Part shown: one piece after another, positions 1 to 14,271 of the stretch | Numbering within the stretch: the first letter of the stretch is position 1 | How the letters are laid out: every line of letters begins with the position of its first letter | From: Narcine bancroftii | Taxonomy: Eukaryota | NCBI RefSeq assembly: GCF_036971445.1 | Contig: NC_091473.1 | Location: forward strand, 207,638,001 to 207,702,000 | Direction: 5' to 3' | DNA: 64,000 nt | Notes under the pieces: model-generated | Seen by the model: the letters and a program-made list of their open reading frames with translations, nothing else | What the model was told of the DNA's origin: nothing | Databases searched by the model: none | Translations under genes and position numbers: made by a program

Positions 1-1229
1 AATCAATAACGGAGTTTGTTGTTGTCTCGCATTTTGCACTGCTAGTCGAAGTATTGCTTCTCTGTCCAAATAATTCAAACATCGAATTATTACCGGTCTC
101 GGTGGTTGACCAGCTGAGGGTGTTCTTCTTGGAGCTCTATGGGCTCTTACCAGTGCCAATCCTCCAGAAAAAAATTCTTGCCCTAATACTTGCGGGATCC
201 AGTCTTTAAAGAAACAAAGAGGATCTTGTCCTTCTATACCTTCTGGCAAACCAACAATTTTCACATTATTCCTTCTGCTTTGATTCTCCAAGTAGTCTAT
301 TTTCCTCTCTAATTCCTTCTCGTGTTCTCCCAATTCTATGACTGATTTTTCAATCTTCAATACTTTTTCTGTGTTAGAAGCCACTTGTTGTTTACAGTCT
401 GAAATAGCAGTCTGAATTTTTTTTATTTCTTCATAAGATGCATCCACATGTGCTTTAACTGTATTCAATTCTAAACTTATACTAGCATTCATTTGAACCA
501 TCTCATTCATTTAAGGCTGAATAACTGCATTTCGGTACATACACTATAGATCAGAAAAGCTCAGCCCTGCTCTCTCTGACATAGTGGCAGAACAGGGTAA
601 CTGCAGCTCCTGCTGCAACTCAACAGAAGGCATTTTAAAAGTTTTACTGTGGGTCTGGACTCCCAGTGATGGCACCCCGACTTCCTCAGGGGGTCGCCGC
701 TGGTCTCCCCCCACATCTCGTTGTTTTTACATGAAATCACGAAGGTAAGTGATTTCTTCAGGTTGAAATGCTTCCTGATGCATTTCCAACAATGGAGTCG
801 TCTTCCTGTGTGCTCCCTCTGTTGAAATCGAAAGGCTTTCAAAATCGGGATCCACTTCTTGGGAACACACACCTTCTTCCAGAGAACAGGTAATTCCAGC
901 ACCATCCTTCACTTGGTGAATAATAGACATTTTTTTTCAGCTCCCACAGGCAGTCTTTGAGGTTTAGACACTGAAGAGATTAAACCTGGGGCTGTATCAA
1001 GTCGTCTTGGCCCCAAATCTTCAGCACTTCGAAAATGTAATTTCTTCTGGACTTGAGGTTTAATCTTTTTACCATTAGTGGCCATAATAGTTCCCTGATA
1101 CTTTAAACTAAAATTTTAAAAGTTTAAACTTGAAAACAAAGGGTTAAAAAACGGGAACTTAAAAGTCTGGCCAGAGAGGTCGAGATTACACATCTAGACT
1201 CTACGCCATCTTGCCACGCCCCCCCCTCC
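1..1229 (-). mobile_element. LINE-1 (L1) 5' end: 5'UTR and disrupted ORF1, truncated by window edge
   Basis: Minus strand starts with a G-run followed by CGTGGCAAGATGGCG (L1-type 5' end with YY1-like motif). ORF1 ATG near 1085 (MATNGKKIKP...). Minus strand 225-300 encodes IDYLENQSRRNNVKIVGLPEGIEG, the L1 ORF1 signature. Stops/frameshifts are present. Confidence 0.85.
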
Positions 1230-1256
1230 ACATCTCATGAATGAAGAAATAAGTGG

Positions 1257-4200
1257 TAGTGGGCATCCCTGCCGCGTTGACCTGCTTAAGTTAAATTGCT
1301 TTGATACATGTCCATTTACTGTCACTTTCGCTAACGGTCCCTTATATAATGCTTTAATCCAATTAATATACTTCTCCGGTAAACTGAATTTTTGCAATAC
1401 TTTGAACAAGTAATTCCATTCTACTCTGTCGAAGGCCTTCTCTGCGTCTAAAGCAACTGCTACTGCCGGTGCTTTATTTCCTTCTACTGCATGAATTAAG
1501 TTAATAAATTTACAAATATTGTCTGTTGTGCGTCTTTTTTTGATAAATCCAGTTTGGTCTAAATTTACCATTTTCGGTACCTGTTCTGCTAATCTGTTCG
1601 CTAATAGTTTAGCTATTATCTTATAATCTGTGTTTAGCAGAGATATTGGTCTATATGACGCTGGTGAGAGTGGATCTTTCCCTTGTTTTAGTATCACTGT
1701 AATTATTGCTGTTTTACATGAATCTGGTAAGTTTTGTGTCTCATCAATCTGGTTGATTACATCCAGGAGGGGCGGTATTATTAGGTCTTTAAATGTTTTG
1801 TAGAATTCTATTGGGAGTCCATCCTCTCCTGGTGTCTTATTATTTGGTAAATTTTTTATTATCTCTTGTATTTCTACTGTTCCAAATGGTTCTGTTAATT
1901 TATTTTGTTCCTCTATTTGTAGTTTTGGTAGTTCAATTTTAGTCAAAAATTCATCTATTTTCCCTTCTTTCCCTTCGTTTTCGGTTCGGTATAATTGTTC
2001 ATAGAATTCTCTGAAGTTTTCCTTAATTTCTTTTGGATTATATGTAATTTGTTTGTCTCTTTTCCTTGTTGCCAATACCATTTTCTTAGTTTGCTCTGTC
2101 TTAAGCTGCCATGCTAAGATTTTGTGTGTTTTTTCACCTAGTTCATAATATTTCTGTTTTGTCTTCATTATATTCTTCTCCACCTTATATGTTTGTAATG
2201 TTTCATATTTTATTTTTTTATCCGCCAATTCTCTTCTTTTGGTTGTATCTTCCTTTATTGCTAATTTTTTTTCTATGTTTATTATTTCCCTTTCCAACTG
2301 CTCTGTTTCCTGGTTATAGTCCTTCTTCATCTTGGTTGCATAACTTATTATTTGCCCTCTAATGAATGCTTTCATTGCGTCCCATAGTATAAACTTATCT
2401 TCCACTGATTCCGTATTTACTTCAAATTACATTTTTAATTGTTTTTCAATAAATTCTCTAAAATCCTGTCTTTTAAGTAGCATGGGGTTTAATCTCCATC
2501 TATACATTCTTGGAGGGATGTCCTCTAGCTCTATTGCCAATAACAGGGGTGAGTGGTCCGATAATAGTCTAGCTTTATATTCCGTTTTCCTAACTCTCCC
2601 TTGAATGTGGGCTGATAACAGGAATAGGTCTATCCTTGAGTATGTTTTATGTCTAGTCGAGTAGTATGAGTATTCCTTTTCTTTTGGGTTTTGTTTCCTC
2701 CATATGTCCACAAGTTTCATTTCTTGCATTGATTTAATTATAAATTTGGTTACTTTGTTCTTCCTGTTAATTTTTTCCCCCGTTTTATCCATATTTGGAT
2801 CCAAATTCAGATTGAAATCCCCTCCTATTAGTATGTTCCCTTGCGTATTAGCTACCTTCAAAAAGATATCTTGCATAAACTTTTGATCTTCTTCGTTAGG
2901 TGAATATATATTAAGTAGATTCCAAAGCTCTGAATATATCTGACATTTTATCATAACATATCTCCCTGCTGGATCTATTATTTCCTCTTCTATTTTAAAT
3001 GGCACATTTTTGCTAATTAATATAGCCACTCCTCTTGCTTTTGAATTATACGATGCTGCTGTTACATGTCCTACCCAATCTCTCTTTAATTTCTTGTGCT
3101 CCAATTCAGTTAAGTGTGTTTCTTGGACAAATGCTATATCTATTTTTTCCTTTTTCAGTAAATTTAGTAGTTTCTTCCTTTTAATTTGGTTATGTATTCC
3201 ATTAATATTTAGAGTCATATAGTTCAGCGTAGCCATTTTATATTTTGTTTATCTTCTCTTTCCGTTTTTCCATCATTACCTTTCCTCCTTTTCCATTTCT
3301 GTTTTCTTATTTTCAACTCTTTACCAGACAACATTCCTACAACATCCAACATTTTCCTTATTCTCCTATTTCTATCTTCTTTATCCCCAGTCTCCCCTTC
3401 CCCTCCTGAGTTGCCCTTTATCCCTTGTCGGACAACCACATCTCCCCTCTCCATTTGGATTTGCGAATCCACTCGCAAGCGTCAACTGATTTTGCAGTGA
3501 CCGCTCTTTTCCCCCACCCAGCCCCCCCAGAAAAGATTTCGCTTTTTATATGTCACAAAGGTCACTCTTTTAATTCCCTCCTTATTCTCTCTATTGTTTG
3601 CGCTAGCTATAGAACCACTAGCAGAATCGATAAGAAGAGATAATAATATAAAAGGAATAAAAATAAAAGACAGGGAATATAAAATCAGTCTGTTTGCGGA
3701 TGATGTGATAGTGTACTTAACAGAACCAGAACTATCAATAAAAGAACTATATAAGAAATTGAAGGAATATGGAGAAGTGTCGGGATACAAGATAAACGTA
3801 AATAAAAGTGAAGCAATGCCTATGAATAACGCGGATTTCTCAAAATTTAAGGAGGAATCCCCATTCAGATGGCAAACGCAGGCAATAAGATACCTAGGTG
3901 TGCAAATAAACAAAAATCTAGGCCAATTATATAAACTCAATTACAATCCACTAATGAAAAAATTACAGGACGATTTAGAGCATTGGAAAGAGCTACCACT
4001 AACACTGATAGGAAGGATAAACTGTATTAAAATGAACATTTTTCCAAGGATACTATACTTATTTCAGGCATTGCCAATACAACTGACAGAAAAATTCTTC
4101 AAAGAGTTAAAGAAAATAATAAGGAGATTTTTATGGAGAGGGGGGAATCCGAGGATAGCACTAGATAAATTAACAGAATGGTATAAACAAGGAGGCTTAC

Positions 4201-5663
4201 AATTGCCAAACTTCAAAAATTATTATAGAGCCGCACAATTAAGGTACCTATCAGATTTTTATCAAACAAGGGAAAAACCAGACTGGACGAGACTAGAATT
4301 AGATAAAATAGGGGAAAAGATACCTGAACACATATTATATAAATGGGACGAAAAATTGGTACAACATAGAACTTCTCCAGTATTACACCATCTCCTCAAT
4401 ATATGGAAGAAGATTCATGTAGAAAGAAATAAAATAAATTACCAAATACCAAAACTAATATTGACGCAAAATAAGCTACTCCCTTTTACAATAGACAACC
4501 TTTCCTTTAGAAAATGGGAAAAAAAAGGGATTAAAAGAATAGAAAATTGTTTTTCAGGAAGTAGATTCTTATCCTTTGAACAAATGAGAGATAAGTACAA
4601 TATAACTGGAGATACAGCGCTGGCATATTACCAACTGAGATCCTACTTGAAAGATAAATTAGGAAGCAACTTGAGTTTACCAGAGGGAAGTAACCTTGAA
4701 TATGTGATTACAGATACAATGTTAATCAAAAGATTTATAAAAAATATGTATATTAAACTGCAAGAAAAGGAGAATGAGGAAACAAATGGTAACACTAAAC
4801 AAAAATGGGAACAAGATTTAAATATAAAGATAAAAAAGGAAACATGGGAGAAGTTATGCTCTGGAACGATGAGAAATACAATAAATACGAGGCTGCGTAT
4901 GATACAATATAATTGGTTACACAGACTATACATTACACCGCAAAAGTTAAATAAATGGGACCCAACAGTATCTGATAGATGTTTTCGATGTAAAAAAGAA
5001 AGGGGAACAACAATTCATGCAATCTGGACATGTGAGAGAGTAGAAAAATTTTGGGATGATCTCAATCAGATATTAAATAAAATAACAGAAAACAAATACC
5101 AAAGAATCCAGAGATCTTTCTCCTAAGTAACATAAAAAATAAAGAATTTGGAATTGACTTGGAAGATGCACAAAAAAGATTTGTCAAGATAGCCCTAGCC
5201 GTAGCAAAAAAATGTATTATGTCAACCTGGAAAATGGAAGATAATTTGAAAATACAACAATGGTATATAGAAATGAATAAATGTATTCCATTAGAAAAAA
5301 TAACATATAGTTTAAGAAATAATATTGAAATATTCGAACAAGTATGGGAGCCTTACATTAAATACAATAGCGAAAACCTACCGGGAACAAACATTACCTA
5401 AGTTGATGGAAGGAGAAGAAAAGAATGGACTCAGTAGAATTTCTGGTGTATTTTTGTTGAATGACAACATTGTCTAACTGAATTAATGCAACCTAGATTG
5501 TATACCTAAAATGGATGAGAGGGGGGGGGGGGGTGGGGTGGTGGCTTGGGAGGAGGGAGGGGGGAGGGAGAAAAAGTCACTGTAAATGTGTGGAAAAGAA
5601 AAAGTGTATATCATGGCTATTGTGATTTATGGTGTGAAAAATAAAAAATTAAAAAAAAAAAAA
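1257..5663 (+). mobile_element. L1 insertion, 5'-truncated with 5' inversion (ORF2 EN-RT-CCHC, 3'UTR, polyA)
   Basis: 1257-~3590 is inverted and carries the spacer, the APE endonuclease (TLNINGI, FVQETH, GGDFN, SDH) and RT up to RQGCPL. ~3591-5663 is forward: LLFALAIEPL, FADD, CFRC..H...C, G-rich 3'UTR, AATAAA, polyA. 17-bp TSD AATGAAGAAATAAGTGG at 1240-1256 and 5664-5680. Stop at 2427 and frameshift near 5095. Confidence 0.95.
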
Positions 5664-5680
5664 AATGAAGAAATAAGTGG

Positions 5681-6275
5681 CATACATTTTTATACCATTG
5701 TGACTTATACTACCATCACTATGTTGACTGCTGTGTTGGGTTGGCACAGTCAGTGTAGCATTAAGTCCAACTCTGTTATGGCACCAGCAGCCCAGGTTCA
5801 AATCCAGTACTGTCTGTAAGGAGCCTGTACATTCTCCCTATGTCTGCAAGGGTTTCCTCTGGGTGCTCTGGTGACCTGTCTCCCTTCTAAAGGGTTGATG
5901 GGATGCAAATGGAGTGTATGGGCTCATGCGCTGGAAGGGCCTGTAACCGTGCTGTGTGTATATTTAAATTTATTAGGTAAATCTCACTAGATTGGGATTG
6001 ATTTCTGATCAAAATTGCAATGTAATTAATTCATTGTTATGTAATTTAATGACTGTTTCACCTTCTATTACCTTCGATTGTTGCATGGTGGTGTTGACTT
6101 GTTTCCATGGAAAGTGGATGGAGAATTTGTTTTCATTTGTATAAATGGCTGTGGATCAATTCCCTGAGGCTTGTTTACACATGGGGAAGGTCTTCTCCAC
6201 CAAGACCTGGTCCAAGGTCATGTTCACCCATCATTTGTTCCTGTGATTTATTGCCCCATAATCTGAATTGGGGCC
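5681..6275 (+). repeat. Local segmental duplication copy (paralog of ~17090-17620), including a V-SINE
   Basis: Long shared strings, e.g. TTGCAATGTAATTAATTCATTGTTATGTAATTTAATGACTGTTTCA and TCTCCACCAAG.CCTG.TCCAAGGTCA, occur in both places. Confidence 0.85.
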
Positions 6276-6559
6276 AGATGGAAAGGATGATGAAATGTAC
6301 TGTGGGTATGTGAGGAAGGACAGGCAGGGGAGGAGCAGAAATGTCGTCAGTTGGAGTGTTTCAAATGTGTCCAGGGAGTTGTAGCGCTATCGTTAGGATT
6401 AATATGCCTTAATTACCTTAAGACATCAACACACCTCACATGTTTCTAGCCCGGTTCCAAGGCAGGTTCTGAGGGAGGAGTTTGGGCAGATCAGCCTTTA
6501 TAGAGGTTTCCAGGAGGGAGGAATCACAGGTTCAGAGGTGGGCCATAAAATATAAACAA

Positions 6560-6950
6560 TACAGTGGTCGCACCACAGGAATATTAGGAATAAAGGAAAC
6601 CAATTTATTTAGAGCATGGATTAGAGCATGTGATGTTTTGGCTGTTACAGAGATTTAGATGACGCAAGGGATAGGATGGAAGGTAAGAGTAGGGGTGGGT
6701 GGTAGATAGGAAAACAGGTCAGGGATAGCATCACGGCTATGGAAAGGGAGGGCTCTGGAGAAGGAGTGTCTCCTGAGTCAGTGTGAGTGGAAGTCAGAAA
6801 GAGAAAGGGAGGAATCAGTGTTCTGGGAGTAGTCTATAGGTTCTCAAATGGTCCCCAAGATCCTGCGGAACAGAGAAGCAGGGAGAACTTGGAATGTTGC
6901 AGAAATTACAGGGTTGTTTTTATGGGAGACTTCCATTTCCCAAATATTTA
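6560..6950 (+). mobile_element. CR1-type LINE endonuclease fragment
   Basis: Encodes EVRKRKGGISVLGVVYR...VVFMGDFHFPNI, a CR1 APE domain pattern; degenerate. Confidence 0.7.
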
Positions 6951-7394
6951 CTCAGTATTGGCCGTCTGCACCTGCGCTAGTTAAAAAAGGTTGGTGGCGG
7001 ACGCCATTTCCAGGGGCTTGTTATCCATTGTATTGTTGAATTTAACTGTAAAACATTCATCAGAGGTTGCCACTTTTGCAGTATGGTTATTCGATGCATC
7101 AACAAACATGGTGTCAGAGTCTGAACCTGAAGCCTCCAAGTAAGAATTGAGTAACCAACGCCACGTTTATGACTGCACCATAATGGCAGACTGATTCAGA
7201 AGGCCTGACCCGTTGCAGATCTACAAGAAGCTAAACATAACTAATCATTTGTGCTCAGTCCTTCGTCAAGCTCCAAGCTTTCCTTTGCCCATAACTGCTT
7301 TGAACGTTAAGAAGACTGATCACGCTTCCCAAAATGTTATCCCATTGGAACTCTGATCACCTGGCCGAGCTCATTTGCCAATACAAGGTTGAGT

Positions 7395-10300
7395 TGTGGT
7401 GATACGACCACTAGCCTACTGCAGGGGGTGATCTCTGTACCTGCAGGAAGACCACCTAAGGGGGCTGACTCCACCTGGCTGGCTGTCAATTAGCCAACCC
7501 GAATATAGACCAGAGCTGGACCCTCCTGAGCCAGTCACACGGGGAGCCACCAAGGCATGATGTTCAGACTTTTGCTGGAATAAAACCTGTTGTCCAGTCT
7601 TTAGAGTTTTGTACTTTCTTGCCGCTGCCTCAGTGCTCCACAATGTATTCCAATAAAACTTTTAAAGAGTGACCATGGAGAAGTTGACGATCGGGAGCCG
7701 AGAGATCGACCCTCAACACCAGGCACGCTTCGAGATCTGGAGGCATGCGAATGAGGCGATCTTCCTAACTCACCCACAAACCAGAAATGGCTCATGATGC
7801 TCCACACCAAGCAGGGCCTACGAACTTTCCAGGCCATCAAGGACTGTGCAGACAACGAACCTGCGATGGCTGTCCTGGAGATAGTGTACAAGCCCCAGAC
7901 AAATGTGTCTACGGCCGGTATCTGCTCAGCATCAGGTCTTAGCAGCCAGGTGAGAAGGCCGATGCCTAAATGGGGGCCCTGTGGGTGATAGCTCACACGT
8001 ACCTGGCCGAGACGGGATGACAGAAGGGGAAGGGGAACGACTGATCCAGGACACCTGTGTGCGAGGGCTGCGCTCGAGGAGCGCCCAACAGAAGCTGTTG
8101 GATGAAAACATCGCCTCACTTGCCAGGACAATGGAGGTAGTCCGCTCCCTGGAGGCTGCAGCTCATCATGCTTAGGCCTTCTATGCCCAACTCCCCCAAC
8201 CTCTGGTCTGGCAGATGCAGACGACCGCTGTCGCTGAAGGGCTTTACCTGGAGGAGACTATCGCTGCTGCCGGGTTCTGGTGTGGGTCAGACAGGTGATT
8301 CCACAAAGGCTGCCCAGCAAGGAACTCGTACTGCTCTCCATGCGGGAAGAAACGTCACTTCGCCCAAGCGTGCCTTTCCAGGCCCGTCGGGAGCGCAGCG
8401 GCCCTCCCGAACATCGCCACGTGTGAGCACCGGGCAACGCCATCACTCACCCTGCCACTTCCGCCCACACCGCTGACGTCACTTCTGGCCCACCCACCGA
8501 CTGGCACTGCTGCCGTGCGCTCACCCCCGGCGCCGCCATCTTCTTCTGCACGACTTGAGCCTCATCGAAGATGTCACTTCCGCTCGTTCAGGTGACGTCA
8601 CCTCCAACTTCACAGCTGGTCCTGTCGCCTTTCCACGTTGACGCCACGTGTGTCGGGACGATGTGGTCAACATGGGCGCACACCCGATTGAGCAGCATCC
8701 GCACCCCATGCCCAGAAAGAAGCCGCTGGCCGCTACTCACCTTATCCATCGAGGAGCAATGATGGAGATCGCTGTCAATGGGAAGATAACAAAATGCCTA
8801 TCCGATAGCGGAAGGACTGAGAGCATCGTGCACCCGAATGTGGCCCGGACACTAAAGCTCCAAATCTAGCCCACCAACTTTTCTATCGCAGTCCAAGACC
8901 ACTCTCTCACAGCCTTCAGGCACTGCTCAGTGGATTTGACAGTTGGGTTGCAGGGGGGGGAGGGGAACTTACCAAGATTTCAGGCTCCCACCCCACCCCA
9001 CCCAAGCTCTGTGCCCCAGTCCTCTTTGGGCTGGACTTCGAATGCCCCCCCCCCCCCGGCTCACAGTCAACAGCATGCACCCCGTGCGACTGCCCCCAAT
9101 CCACCTACGGCCTCTCCAAGTTACAAGTAACCCCTCCCATTCTGTTCAACTACCTTATGTCAGATTGCAAGCCCTGAGCTGCCATGAATGGGCTCTATTG
9201 TGCAGCTGACTGGGCAACCTTTAAGGCAGAAGTGAGGCGGCTTCTGGCAGAAGATATCCTGGAGCCCAGCACCAGCCCATGGAGAGCCCAAGTCCTAGTT
9301 GTAAAAGAGGATAGCAAACTGAGGATGGTCATCGATTATAGCCAGACCATAAACCGGTACACCCAACTAGACGCCTACCCCCTACCCTGAATAGCCGACA
9401 TGGTCATCGAGATAGCCCGCTCTTTGGTTTATTGACAATTGACCTAAAGTCAGCCTACCACCAGCTCCCTATCCATACATGGGATAAGCCATACACTGCC
9501 ATTGAGGCAGATGGGGGCCTTGAGCTGTTCTGTTGGGTGCCGTTTGGGGTCTCTGTTTTCCAGCAGGAGATGGACCTCACGGTAGACCGGCACAACCTCA
9601 GAGAGACCATCCCGTACTTGGACTATGTCACCATCTGCAGCCACGACCACCAGGACCACGTTGACAATCTGGAGAGATTTCTCCGGACGGCCGAGGAGCT
9701 TAACTTCATTTACAACAAAGAGAAGTGCGTGTTCAGCACCACCCGCCTCGTCATCCTAGGATACATCATGGAACATGGTGTCGTCAGTCCTGATCCAGAA
9801 TGCATGTGCCCACTAATGGAAATGCCCCTTCCCCACACACTCAAGGCCCTCCACAGGTGCTTTGGACTTTTCTTCTATTACTCCTAGTGGATCCCCACTG
9901 ACCCAAGCCATCACTTTTCCTCACCGCACCCCCCGAGTCACAAGAAGCATTTGTCCAAATCAGGCAGGACATCGCTGATGCCACGATGCATGTTGTGGAT
10001 GAGGACACCCCATTCCAGGTGGAATGCGACGCCTCTGATGTTGCCCTCACGCAGCTACCCTTAACCAAGTCGGGGGCGACTGTAGCCTTTTTCGGCAGGA
10101 CCCTCCGTGGTTCTGAGCTCAGACACTCCACCATTGAAAAGAAGTGGAAGCAGTCCGCCACTGGTGCTACTACCTGGCAGGCAGGAGGTTCACCTTTCCT
10201 CACCGACCAGCGCGCAGTAACTTTCATGTTCAGTACCACCCATAAGGGCAAGATCAAAAATGATAAGATATTGCGCTGGAGAGTCGATCTGGCCACGCTC

Positions 10301-11729
10301 AGCTACGACATCCAATACAGATCAGCAAAGTTCACCGACTCCCCAACGCTCTGCCCCGGACCTCCACCGTGGTACAATCTGACCAACTGTAGGCGCTGCA
10401 CGATACCCTTTGTCACCCGGGTGTCACGTGCCTGTACCATTTCATCGTCCCAGAACCTCCCCTTCACCGCACAAGAGGTCTAGTCCATGACTGAGTCATG
10501 CGGGGTCTGTGCAAAGTGCAAACGGCACTGATTCTGCCTGCCACAGGCCCACGTCATCAAGGCCACTCAGCCCTTCGAACGGCTGAGCCTCGACTTCAAG
10601 GGCCCCCTTCCACGAACAACAGTGTCTACTTCTTTGCGGTCGTAGACGAATACTCCTGTTTTCCCTTTGCCATCCCTTGCCCTGACACCTCTACAGCCAC
10701 CATTATCAGGGCTCTGACGTAGCTAATCACAATGTTCAGACACCCGACATTCATCTACGCTAATCAGGGGTCTGGCTTCATGAGTGAGGAGCTACGCCAG
10801 CATCTAGTATCGTGAGAAATTGTGACTCGTCATACAACTAGTTATAACCCAAGGGTGAAACGTCACAACGGGGTGATCTGTAAGGCAGTCCTCCTGGCCC
10901 TGTGGTCCAAAGGCTGCTCTATTGATTACTGGCAAGAGGCCCTCCATGGCATTAGGTCGCTCTTGTGCACAGACCCCTCACGAGCTCCTTTTCTCATTCC
11001 CCAGGAAATCAGTGACTGGAATCTCATTCCCAGCTAGGCTCACATCTCCGCGACCGGTGCTCGAGCAGGTGCTCCTCATCCACATCAACTACACTTACGC
11101 CTATATTAGGTACCCCATTGGCCATGAGGACACCATCTTGACCAGGGATCTGGCACCAGCGGGGGCCCCAAACCCCCCCCCCCCACCCCAGCATCATGAC
11201 ATCATGATTACCTGACCCAAGCACACCACTCTGGGTAGTCTTGGCCTATCTAGGAGCCAAACCACTCCCTGCGCCCCTCCAGCGAACCCCACTCCAGTTG
11301 GACCACACCTACCTCGCCACCCCCTGTTGACAGACGTGCAAATAGACACCACGCTGCCCACACAGACGCCTGCCACGGTTACGCTCAACCCAGCCAGCCT
11401 CCGGCAACATCCACATGCTCGCCGACTTTTGACCAGGAACCACGGTTCCAGAGACTCCGATGTCTAAATTTGTAAATATCACCCGGCATCGTTCCACATG
11501 CATTCCCCCAGGCCACCTGGCTGGCTGTCAATCAGCTGGCTGACCTGAATAGACCTCCTGGGGGCTGACTCCACCTGGCCAGCTGTCAATCAGCTTACTT
11601 GACTATAAACTGAGCTGGTCCCTCCCTGAGCCAGAAGCCTTGAACTGTGTTCAGACTTTTACTGGAATAATGCCTTTCCTCCAATCTTTCGAGTTTTGTG
11701 CTTGCTTGCTGCTACCTCAGTGCACCACA
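7395..11729 (+). mobile_element. Degenerate Ty3/Gypsy LTR retrotransposon (gag-PR-RT-RNaseH-INT)
   Basis: 5' LTR TGTGGTG...CTCCACA at 7395-7642 with AATAAA. Partial 3' LTR at ~11510-11729 ends GCACCACA. Internal pieces: protease-like CLSDSG, RT (SPWRAQVLVV, IDLKSAYHQ, PYLDYVTI), RNase H (VECDASD), integrase (VDEYSCFPFAIPC). Many stops and frameshifts. Confidence 0.9.
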
Positions 11730-11964
11730 CCAGTATGACCCTCTTTCTGGTTGGGCTATCCACACACTTGTTAATGAAACTCTCCCACAGTCACGTAACA
11801 AATTCTGCCCCACCTAGACCTCTGGTGCTAAGCACGTCCCAGTCAATAATGGTGAGATTAATGTCTCCCACTGTGACAATCCCATTACTTCTGCAGCTTC
11901 CTATAAATTTAATCCCTACCTGTTCCCCCTTCCTCCTACTGATTACGGAGAGGCCCACGGTGAT

Positions 11965-12235
11965 TCAGATTTCAGATTTATTGTCAGAGAGTACACACAT
12001 GACATCACATACAACCCTGAGATTTCTTTTTCCTGCAGGCATGGTAGAATTATCAATAACTGGAAGTGCATAAATAAGGTGTGTACAATCCTTAAATGAG
12101 TCTCTGATTGAGTTTGTCATTGGGGAGTCTGATGGTGGAGCGGTAGCGGCTGTTCCTGAACCTGGTGGTGCAAGTCTTGTGGCACGTGTACGTCTTTCCT
12201 GATGGCAACAGCGAGAACAGATCGTGTGCTGGATT
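11965..12235 (-). mobile_element. LINE 3' fragment (Rex1/Babar- or L2-like)
   Basis: Encodes AHDLFSLLPSGKTY...TTRFRNS, typical of the C-terminus of these LINE ORFs. Confidence 0.65.
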
Positions 12236-12279
12236 AAAGCCTGTAGTGAAGCCTTTTCTGTGTTTTGTTTCTGCTTGCT

Positions 12280-14131
12280 GCACCACAGGGCACCACATGC
12301 TGCAACAGTGGGTGGATCACCAGTGGTGGCTACTCGCTTTCTTCAGCAAACACATCCGACCACCCGAGTTGAAGTACAGTGCTTTTGATCACGAACTGCT
12401 GGCAATGTACCTGGCCATACGCCATTTCTGGTGCATCCTCAAAGACCGAGTGTTGACGGCCTACAGGGACCACAAGCTGCTGGGTAAAGTCTGGAACCCC
12501 TGGTCGGTGAGGCCTTTCATACATCTTTCATACTTTTCATACATCTCTGAATCTACAATGGACATCCGCCACGTAGCGGGGAAGTCCGACTTGGTACCTG
12601 ATGCACTGTCCAGGCCAACAATTTTCAAGGTGACAGGTGCATCGACACAGCTCAGCTCGCCAGGGACCAGACTGAAGATGCTGAGGCATAGACATACCAT
12701 ACCGCCATCACCAGCCTACAAATTGAAGAGTTTGCACTGGACCCAGGAGGCCCAACATTCCTGTGTGATATGTCTACAGGCTACCCTAGGTCAATCTTGC
12801 CCGCAACCTGGAGACAGCAAGTATTCAATCAAGTACATGGACTCTCTCATCCTTCCATCCAGTCAACAGTGTGCCTCATATCGGACAGGTTTGTATGGCA
12901 TGGGCATCGGCACGAAGTTTCCCTTTGGGCAAAAACCTGTGTACAATGCCAGTGAGCCAAAGTCCATCAGCACACTAAAGGCCCAATGCAACGTTTCCTG
13001 CCTGAGGTGGACAGGTTTGACCACATGCACGTGGACATTGTAGGGCCCCTTCCCATCAGCCAGGTGATGAAGTACCTTTTCATCGTGGTTGACCGCTTTA
13101 CACGCTGGCCAGAGACGGTGCCCTTGTCGGACTGTGACACGGAGACCTCTGTGAGGGCCATTACCTCACAGTGGGTTGCTCATTTTGGTGTCCCTTCCCA
13201 CATAACTTTGGACCAGGGAGCCCAGTTTACCTCAGGGCGACAATGGCCAAATTCTGCGGCAGCGAGCTATACCACATAACTGCCTATCAACCCCAATCCA
13301 ATGGGCTGGTAGAGCTGTTTCACCGCCACCTAAAAGCAGCCATCAAATGACAGCTGCATGGGCCCAACTGGATGGATGAACTCCCATGGGTCCTGCTGGG
13401 CATCCGCACAGTGCGGCGGAAATGGTCTACAGCGCACCGCTCTCAATCCCAGGCGACGCCCATTTCAGCTCCACGGTACCACCACCGAATACCCTGGACG
13501 TCCTACAGCGGCTGAGGAACCACAGCACCTACCCATGTCTGCATCCTACCACCACCCACGGGACGCCAACCAGCCACGTCCCACAAGAACTCAAAGGCAC
13601 GGATATTGTCTTTGTAAGACACGGCAAACCAGGTACCTCCCTGCAGTGCCCTTACAAAGGCCTTTCAAGATACTGAGAAGGGAGGGGGGTGTATATGCTC
13701 TAGAAATTGAAGGCAGGCACGACATGTTTACAAGAAAGCCCACTTGGACTGTTCAGAGCCTTTCCCTGCCTCTACACTATGGCTCTGGGTACACCTGCCA
13801 AAGACAATCTCCCAAACCTCACCCAAAGAGGTGTGGGGGTGGGGGGGGGGGGGACAGTGTGTGTAGTGGGCTGGGTTGCTGTAGTGAACAGCCAGAGCAG
13901 CAGGGCACAGGGCTTTCCCCCCACCCCCCACCGCGCAGAGGTTCCAGGCTGCAGCAGCGCATTGTCGGGGAACGGCCAAGCCTCACAGCAGTATGATGAC
14001 ATCACTCCTGTGAGCCTGTCTCCTCCCTGAAAAAGGAAGCTGCGTGGTTTGAATAAACGGCAGTTACTGGTTTACTTGCTTGGTGCAGACAGCATTTATT
14101 TCAGTAGCTCTGCCTTTGGCAGTGCGACACA
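12280..14131 (+). mobile_element. Second Gypsy family: RNaseH-integrase remnant, PPT and 3' LTR
   Basis: LAFFSK..YSAFDHELLAMY, HVDIVGPLP, VDRFTRWPE and DQGAQFTS motifs. G-run PPT at ~13835-13857. LTR TGTAGTGGG...GCGACACA at ~13862-14131 with AATAAA. Confidence 0.85.
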
Positions 14132-14271
14132 CAGTCTTTTTTACATGGGGGAGGGACGACTTCTGAGGAAAGATTTTAAACGTACCTGAAGAACAACTTT
14201 CTTGCTGTGCATTTGGAACGTGTTGCCAGTGGAAGTGGTAGAGGTGCGTACCATTGTAAAATTTAAAATAT

